Positions 58,129 to 64,000 of a stretch of 64,000 bases of DNA are shown one piece after another (position 1 is the stretch's first letter; every line of letters starts with the position of its first letter). Origin of the DNA: Oligoflexales bacterium. Lineage in GTDB: Bacteria > Bdellovibrionota_B > Oligoflexia > Oligoflexales > CAIYRB01. The notes under the pieces are model-generated. The model saw nothing but the letters and a program-made list of their open reading frames with translations. It searched no databases and was not told the origin of the DNA. The translations under genes were made by a program, and so were the position numbers. The stretch spans positions 1 to 64,000 of the forward strand of contig JBGSUI010000191.1 in the NCBI GenBank assembly GCA_041736175.1. Reading direction: 5' to 3'.

Positions 58129-58354
58129 ATGAATATCATTAAGAATCTAATCACACTGGGGGACCTACTGAGGGGGGAAAAGATTGATTTTGCGCTTATC
58201 GGTGGTCTTGCGCTGGGATTTTATGGAGTCCAAAGATTTACCAATGACATAGACTTACTCATCGACGGAAAAGCGGGCATTGATTCGCACCTATGCCGAT
58301 CTTTTTGCGGAGTGGTCGCCGATTGAGGAGCTGAAAAAAATCCATGCTAAATAA
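58129..58354 (+). pseudogene. nucleotidyltransferase (Pol-beta superfamily) gene with internal deletion/frameshift
   Basis: FALIGGLAL..YG..RFTNDIDLL N-terminal motif; after ~58275 a shifted frame gives ALIRTYADLFAEWSPIEELKKIHAK*. Confidence 0.7.
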
Positions 58355-58724
58355 GATGTCTTTTGTAGACTACCTATCTTGGCTCGATCAAAATAGAGAG
58401 CTTTTTCCGACACCACGCAGAGAGAGAAAGCCTCCTAAACATCCCGGCAAAGTCCTTCGCGAAGAGTTCCTCGATAAGCTGGGAATAACCCAGTCTGAAC
58501 TCGCTCAAAAGCTCAACTGCCGCTTTGCAAAGCTCAATGAAATTATCAATGAGAAGCGTTCAATAACGCCACGTTTCGCCATCCAATTAGAAGCCATTCT
58601 AGGTATCCCAGCAGAAGCCTGGATCTCAATGCAAGGCGAGTTTGATCTTTGGAAAGCTCGGTCAAAAGATAGCTGCCCAAGTGGAACATCAGAAGACAAA
58701 GTGGATCACCAAGGAGGATCGTAA
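58344..58724 (+). CDS. higA: HigA-family antitoxin (Xre HTH) with atypical N- and C-terminal extensions
   Basis: PKHPGKVLREEFL..LGITQSELA...LNEIINEKRSITP..A..L...W..MQ..FDLW. Confidence 0.85.
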   Translation: MLNKMSFVDYLSWLDQNRELFPTPRRERKPPKHPGKVLREEFLDKLGITQSELAQKLNCRFAKLNEIINEKRSITPRFAIQLEAILGIPAEAWISMQGEFDLWKARSKDSCPSGTSEDKVDHQGGS

Positions 58725-58770
58725 GGTCATAAGTTTTTATTGTGGATGCAACGGGTTGGCTGTAGATCTG
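58688..58770 (+). repeat. 83-bp imperfect direct repeat, copy B
   Basis: Matches 57907-57989; spans the higA stop and the convergent lipoprotein stop. Confidence 0.9.
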
Positions 58771-59684
58771 ACCTTTAGACCTGGTTTGAATTTGCTGGGA
58801 GTGACCTCTTCATTCCACCTGTAGGTGTCAAAGTTTTTAAGATCGAATTCGTAGGTGTCAGGTGCGGCATAGATCTGCGCATAAAACTGATAACCGCCTT
58901 CATTGGCCATAAGGTCACCATAGGAACAGACTCCGGTGGAAGTCATCCCATAATACCCAAACCCACCAAACATCACGCAAGTCTTACAATATTTACCGTA
59001 GATATTGCGATATTTTTCATGGAGACTGGTGTCTAGGTCAGGGTCACCCTCGGTAAATTGACCGAATTGCCACCGCTCCTGGGGAGTGCTGATGAGACCC
59101 TCTTTTTCTGCTAGGAAATACCAAAGACCTTGCTCAGCAAAATGACCCATTTTATCGACGCCGATAAGATTGGAGTTGACCCGAATCACCGGCGAAATAC
59201 TATGATCGGCAGTCTTTGTGGTGACATGACTCATAAATTTAGCTTTGATTATTCCTGTGGGATTGTCGCCAAACCGAGAATCGATAAATTTAGTAAACTG
59301 AATTTCATGATGATCTTGTGAGAGCCCGTTTATGATCATATGCTCGATTTTAGTCAGTGTGGAAATCTCTAAGTTGAGCCCTTTCCAATGGATTCCCAGT
59401 CCTGACCCCGGATGGGCTATAGCGAGTTTTTGGCTAAGACTATTCACAAGTTTGAGTTTGAGATCGTGATTCCAAGGTTCGTCCCCTGGGTTGACCTCTA
59501 GGCGGCTGTCTCGAATGATTTCGTTGACCCAAGAATTCACACGGTCGGTCACGTCGATCAGCTTGAGGTTTTCTGGCGTGGGACGGTCATCGGTTTCTTG
59601 TTTGACCTCTGAAGGATCGCTTTTGCTGCAAGCTAGGGCACCAAGAAAGGGCAGAATCAAAACCCATAGACCCCTGATCATCAT
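58737..59684 (-). CDS. hypothetical lipoprotein
   Basis: ATG at 59684 after GGAG; ALAC lipobox; GVDKMGHF and TGVCSYGDLMAN segments. Confidence 0.7.
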   Translation of the reverse strand: MMIRGLWVLILPFLGALACSKSDPSEVKQETDDRPTPENLKLIDVTDRVNSWVNEIIRDSRLEVNPGDEPWNHDLKLKLVNSLSQKLAIAHPGSGLGIHWKGLNLEISTLTKIEHMIINGLSQDHHEIQFTKFIDSRFGDNPTGIIKAKFMSHVTTKTADHSISPVIRVNSNLIGVDKMGHFAEQGLWYFLAEKEGLISTPQERWQFGQFTEGDPDLDTSLHEKYRNIYGKYCKTCVMFGGFGYYGMTSTGVCSYGDLMANEGGYQFYAQIYAAPDTYEFDLKNFDTYRWNEEVTPSKFKPGLKVRSTANPLHPQ

Positions 59685-59779
59685 GTGTACAGCTCCGGTA
59701 AGGTGATTGGCAGTCGTCCCCGGCTTAAGCGGGAAATCTGTAAAAATCACAGCAAGATTTGTACCAGATATCCCGGAGT

Positions 59780-60676
59780 TTAAGTCCAACCGCCAGTGCC
59801 TAGCCCAAAGTAAACAAAAACTTTGTCACGGCCGGTTTGCACCCCCATAAAGGGATTGACGGCCAGACCACCGTAGTGGACGGAAAGCCATCGGTATTCC
59901 ATCCATAGACCTGGTGGGTCAAACATAAAACCTTTGGTGCCAAAATCATTGTTAGAGTCCTCGGGATTTGTGGACCCTGATTCTCCCTGGCGGTTGAGGG
60001 CCGCTAGACCGGCAGAAAAAAGGTAGCCTGAGGTTGTGGGTCGAGATGGTTTGAGTCCTGAGGCGTGGGTGATCTGGTTGCCTTGGTCTTCGGGAGCTTT
60101 ATCGAGGCTTCCCCAGCCGACCACAGGACCAAAATAAATCAAGCCAAAGGACCCTGGTTTTTTTTGGTAAAAACCTGTCCCCGAAAACGGGGCGAGCCGC
60201 AAACCGTAAAAGAGGCCGTTTTTGCCATCAGCTTTGGGTCCACCTCTACGCCAGAGGGCTTGGAAGTGGGTGGTGGGATTATGGCTGTATCCCCTTTTGA
60301 CACCCTGGGTGATGGCAAAGGGAGCCACCAAGCTGAGTTCGACTAAGAGAAGGCGGTCGCGGGGAGTCAAGGCATCTTGAGTAAGCTGCTCTTCAACAGC
60401 CTTTTCCCAAGAGACCCGGGGCTTACGATGGCGACTTTCCCGTTCTTTACGGCGGGCAGCCTTGGATTTTTTGATGGAGCGCAAACTGTCTTTAGGATCA
60501 TGGGGATCCACGGGATCGTCGGGGTGCCGCGGGGGGCGGGCATAGGGTGGTCTTTCGAGGGATTCGATTTGGATTTGGGGTGTTTGTGCAAGGGCTTTTG
60601 ATTGTGGTCTTGAAACCAATAGACCAGAAAAAGCTAGGACCAAAAAGACCTTATCCATAGGGAAATTCCTACCCAT
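59780..60676 (-). CDS. hypothetical exported/outer-membrane protein
   Basis: Signal peptide (start possibly 60658), charged linker, beta-strand-rich C-terminus. Confidence 0.6.
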   Translation of the reverse strand: MGRNFPMDKVFLVLAFSGLLVSRPQSKALAQTPQIQIESLERPPYARPPRHPDDPVDPHDPKDSLRSIKKSKAARRKERESRHRKPRVSWEKAVEEQLTQDALTPRDRLLLVELSLVAPFAITQGVKRGYSHNPTTHFQALWRRGGPKADGKNGLFYGLRLAPFSGTGFYQKKPGSFGLIYFGPVVGWGSLDKAPEDQGNQITHASGLKPSRPTTSGYLFSAGLAALNRQGESGSTNPEDSNNDFGTKGFMFDPPGLWMEYRWLSVHYGGLAVNPFMGVQTGRDKVFVYFGLGTGGWT

Positions 60677-60826
60677 TTAGGGACGGTGGCTTCACCGCTA
60701 AAATAAGAAGGTAAGCCCATCGAGATGGCTTGCCCATGTCTCTATCTCCCCGCCATGGTTCAAATGAGGTCTCTTGACCATCGTGATCTATACCTTATCT
60801 CTCACCTAGGACCTTGGGTAGTACCA

Positions 60827-62293
60827 ATGAAGCAAGAGCCGAAAAAAAACCACCTCTTGGATCTACCCTCCGCATTCGGTGGTCGTTTTGCCGATGATCG
60901 GCACCGTGATCCCTTTGAACTCCTCGCTGACGACTCCTTTTTCGAACCTCTAACCAAACAGGACGTCCGCCCTGCCACTGAGGATAGAGAGCAGGCCTTC
61001 CTTAAAGCGGCTCCTACTCCCAGGAAAAGAGTTGATTCTATAGCTGATTCCAAAGCCGTCCCCAAAAGGGAAAGCTTCCCCACGGCGACGATTTTTTTGG
61101 GAGGCGTGATTCTCTGTTTAGTGACTCTGATAGGAGTTGGTGTGTGGCAGTTTTGGCCTGCTCCTGAGCCCGTGACGGCCTTTGCCTATTGGGAGATACG
61201 AGCCATTGGTCCCGAAGGGCGCCCCGTCGCTGGAGCCGTGGTCAAACAGGGGGAAACCGTCCTGGGACATACGGATAGTTTTGGTGAGTGGCGTCGTTAT
61301 ATGCGGGTGAGGCTAGGGACGACCTTGCCCCTAAGCGTTTTTAAGAAACATGGGGCAGGGAATCTATACGCCACCAAAAATGTCGCGATTCCAGCGTTTC
61401 TCCCCAAAACGGGAGAGCTAGAGCTTAAGGCCCAGATCGGTCTCCAGCGAGACGGCGACACGCTGGCCCAACAAGGAGACCGGGGGGCGCCGGTGATTTC
61501 CCCCGTGGCTCAAGTCCAAACTCAAGCCCAACCTCCTGTTAAGGAGCAGGAGCTGCCTGCACCTGGAGCACCTGGAACCTCCGTCGACCTCGGAGCCTCT
61601 CCTAAGGTGCTACCATCGATTTGGGTTGAAGAGCGCCCGGCCGCGGGAGTAGACCCAGCCAAGTTGCAGCAAGTCCTCCAACAGCTCCGGGATCTTTTCG
61701 CCCAAGGTGGCTACAAAGTGGAGCCCGAAGCTCCCTTGGTCGTCCAAGTAGGTACCGTCAAAGATACCACGGGACAGGTGGCCCTTTACTACGTACGGGG
61801 CCTTGTGCGGACGCGGGTCAAAACCCCAAAGGGGCAGCAAGAAAACACAAAGAATTTGTTTAGCATGCTTCGTTCCTTTCAAGAAGACCCCAAAAAAGTG
61901 GCTGCCGACATCACCCTTGGGGCGCGGCGTTACGGTCTGACCATGAATCCCACCGTGCAGGGTCTCTGTCTGGACGGGATCCCCTGTAGCCTTTACAATG
62001 CTCCCATCGCCCTCAATCCACCTTTTCCCGATTGGCAACGAAAACAATTGAAAGTTTCCACCAAGGAAGGCACCCAAGACTTGGAGCTTTTTGTCTCGGG
62101 GTTTATGGCCAAGTCCTTGGGCAACCAAATCTACGAATTTTGGGGGCCACCCTCAGGTCCGGTCAATGTGACGGTGGTCCAAGGAACGCGCACGATTTTT
62201 CGGGAAAAGTTGGTCCCTCCCCCCGTCCAAGGGGCGCCCCTTATGATCGCAGGATCGGAGCGGTCTAAGCCACGGCCTCCTGCTAAGCTGTGA
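60827..62293 (+). CDS. single-pass membrane protein with carboxypeptidase-regulatory-like domain
   Basis: TM helix, then G.PVAGAVV...TDSFG motif and a Pro-rich linker. Confidence 0.6.
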   Translation: MKQEPKKNHLLDLPSAFGGRFADDRHRDPFELLADDSFFEPLTKQDVRPATEDREQAFLKAAPTPRKRVDSIADSKAVPKRESFPTATIFLGGVILCLVTLIGVGVWQFWPAPEPVTAFAYWEIRAIGPEGRPVAGAVVKQGETVLGHTDSFGEWRRYMRVRLGTTLPLSVFKKHGAGNLYATKNVAIPAFLPKTGELELKAQIGLQRDGDTLAQQGDRGAPVISPVAQVQTQAQPPVKEQELPAPGAPGTSVDLGASPKVLPSIWVEERPAAGVDPAKLQQVLQQLRDLFAQGGYKVEPEAPLVVQVGTVKDTTGQVALYYVRGLVRTRVKTPKGQQENTKNLFSMLRSFQEDPKKVAADITLGARRYGLTMNPTVQGLCLDGIPCSLYNAPIALNPPFPDWQRKQLKVSTKEGTQDLELFVSGFMAKSLGNQIYEFWGPPSGPVNVTVVQGTRTIFREKLVPPPVQGAPLMIAGSERSKPRPPAKL

Positions 62294-62413
62294 CGGTGAG
62301 CTAGGACTCTTCTGCTCGTTCTTCGCCAAAGTCTCGGGGTGTCGGGGTGGACGCTTACATGGTTTGCTGCTACCCTAGGGCTTTACGCACCGAGCCCGAG
62401 AGAGGAGTGAGTC

Positions 62414-64000
62414 GTGAATCCATTTAAAGTCCTGATCACCGGCCATCTGCATGAATCAGCGATCGACGGGTTTCAAAAAAACAGTCGCTTTGATGTGGTT
62501 TATGCTCCGGACTGCTCCCGGGAGCAACTTATGCAGCTTGTCCCCACTGCCCATGTCTTGGTCACCCGCAGCGAGACCGATGTGGACCGCGCGGTGATCT
62601 CCGCGGCACCCGCCCTTAAACTGATTGCCCGAGCGGCCGTGGGTGTCGGCAATATCGATATCGATTTTGCTACGGAAAAAGGCATTCTGGTGATCAATTG
62701 TCCCGGACAAAATACCAACTCCGCAGCAGAGCTGAGTCTCGGGCTACTTCTGGCAATGGTGCGAAATATTCCCCAGGCCCACCAAACCATGAAGACGGGC
62801 GGCTGGGACCGGCACCGCTTTTCGGGCAGAGAGCTTCGCGGCAAACGCATCGGTATTGTCGGACTTGGAAACGTCGGGCACCGGGTTGCGAAGTTTGCCC
62901 ATGGCTTTGATATGGAAGTGGCCGCCTACGACCCTTATATTGCGACCCATATTTTTGAGCGACATCGGGCCAAACCCTATACCAATCTCAAAGACATGCT
63001 CCCTGAGATCGATGTCCTAACCGTCCATGTCCCACTCAATCAGGAAACCAAAGGCATGATCGACGGTAAAATGCTCGATCTGATGCCCCGTGGCAGCTAT
63101 GTGGTGAATGCGGCCCGAGGAGGGATCATCCACGAAGGAGATCTGGTCGCTAGACTAAACACCGGGCATATCGCTGGAGCCGCCATCGACACTTGGGACA
63201 AAGAGCCTAAGCCCCTCCCGGAACTCCTCGGTCATAAACAAGTTTGGTGTTCGCCCCATATCGGCGCCTCGACTCTCGAAGCGCAGATTGCGATCGGTCA
63301 GACGGTCCTCAAACAAGTGGAAAAGGCCCTGGCAGGAAGCGTTGTCGACTATCCTGTCAACCTTCCTGAAGTGACGGTGATCGATAGCCCCATCCTAAAA
63401 GCTTATACGGTCTTGGCGGAAAAACTGGGAGTGATTGTCGGCCATATCTTAAAGTTTAATCCCAACGGATTTGAACTCATCTATCGGGGTGACCTCGCCC
63501 ATTTAAACCAATCCATCCTCAAGCTTTCCTTTACAAAAGGATATCTCGGACAAGTTCTTGATGAGTATGTCTCCTTTGTCAACGTAACGAGCCAGCTGGA
63601 AAGGTCCGGCATTAAAGTGACGGAGACCAACGACCCGGGATTTGAAAGCTACAAGTCGGCTTTTAAAGTCAGGGTGGTGGGCGCAGGGGACAACGAGCTT
63701 ACGGTGGGTGGAGTCGTTTTTGACGATAAATATCTGCGACTAACTCTGATCAACGATTTTTATTTTGAAGTGGAACCCAGCGGCGAGCTTGTGGTTATCG
63801 AAAACCATGATCGTCCTGGAGTTATTGGGGATATTGGACACTTTTTTTCGACTCGAGGCGTCAACATCGATAGCTTTACCCTGAGTCGCAACCGACTGGG
63901 TGGACGAGCGATGGCGATCTTAAAGACCGATTCTCCCCTCAGTGCAGAGGCATCCCAAGGACTGGCAAAGTTGGCCAATATCGTGGATGTGCATAGAGTC
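62414..64000 (+). CDS. serA: D-3-phosphoglycerate dehydrogenase (runs off the window end)
   Basis: GTG at 62414 after GAGGAG. Manual translation gives MNPFKVLITG..VTRSET..IARAAVGVGNID..NTNSAAE..ELRGKRIGIVGLGNVG..VNAARGG..SPHIGAST and a C-terminal ACT domain (DRPGVIG). Absent from the ORF track because there is no stop in the window. Confidence 0.95.
   Translation, partial: MNPFKVLITGHLHESAIDGFQKNSRFDVVYAPDCSREQLMQLVPTAHVLVTRSETDVDRAVISAAPALKLIARAAVGVGNIDIDFATEKGILVINCPGQNTNSAAELSLGLLLAMVRNIPQAHQTMKTGGWDRHRFSGRELRGKRIGIVGLGNVGHRVAKFAHGFDMEVAAYDPYIATHIFERHRAKPYTNLKDMLPEIDVLTVHVPLNQETKGMIDGKMLDLMPRGSYVVNAARGGIIHEGDLVARLNTGHIAGAAIDTWDKEPKPLPELLGHKQVWCSPHIGASTLEAQIAIGQTVLKQVEKALAGSVVDYPVNLPEVTVIDSPILKAYTVLAEKLGVIVGHILKFNPNGFELIYRGDLAHLNQSILKLSFTKGYLGQVLDEYVSFVNVTSQLERSGIKVTETNDPGFESYKSAFKVRVVGAGDNELTVGGVVFDDKYLRLTLINDFYFEVEPSGELVVIENHDRPGVIGDIGHFFSTRGVNIDSFTLSRNRLGGRAMAILKTDSPLSAEASQGLAKLANIVDVHRV

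Noticed and set aside
62332..62401. Long hairpin (TCTCGGG...CCCGAGA) next to the serA RBS as a possible riboswitch
   Set aside because: No recognisable glycine/ZTP/THF aptamer motifs. A sigma70-like TGGACG-N17-TACCCT lies inside it, so the 5' arm is probably not in the serA transcript.
1..64000. CRISPR array, rRNA, intact IS/integrase, prophage structural genes, known anti-phage defence operons
   Set aside because: No regularly spaced repeats with unique spacers and no recognisable signatures by eye; the tandem repeats found are short and coding.

Overview
A ~48% GC bacterial chromosomal window. Its gene content suggests a Bdellovibrionota/Oligoflexia-like predator (inference only): many TPR/beta-barrel and PEGA envelope proteins, PilZ/EAL proteins, an orphan Flp pilin, HiPIP, beta-propeller phytase and a cN-II nucleotidase. 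Recognisable housekeeping genes are coaE, pta, thyA, mnmG, mce and serA (serA runs off the right edge). The left 3.7 kb is a decayed mosaic (5'-truncated peroxiredoxin, cytochrome P460 lipoprotein, MipA-like protein, frameshifted primase-polymerase remnant) that ends at a tRNA-Val(GAC) lacking its 5' strand. Main findings: (i) a recurring sigma28-like promoter motif in front of about 8 non-flagellar signalling/envelope operons; (ii) a putative envelope-spanning module of one Ser/Thr kinase-PEGA protein plus two paralogous TPR-PEGA proteins, with a PP2C-GYF-TPR/barrel operon under the same promoter type; (iii) a candidate ~330-nt stand-alone sRNA with its own promoter and terminator; (iv) a trio of two Asp-less pseudo-receiver-TPR proteins around a STAS-like Zn-ribbon protein; (v) an HATPase-less HisKA protein; and (vi) a toxin-antitoxin remnant bracketed by an 83-bp imperfect direct repeat. 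No CRISPR array, rRNA, intact integrase or transposase was seen. All family calls are by eye from motifs; no database was searched.
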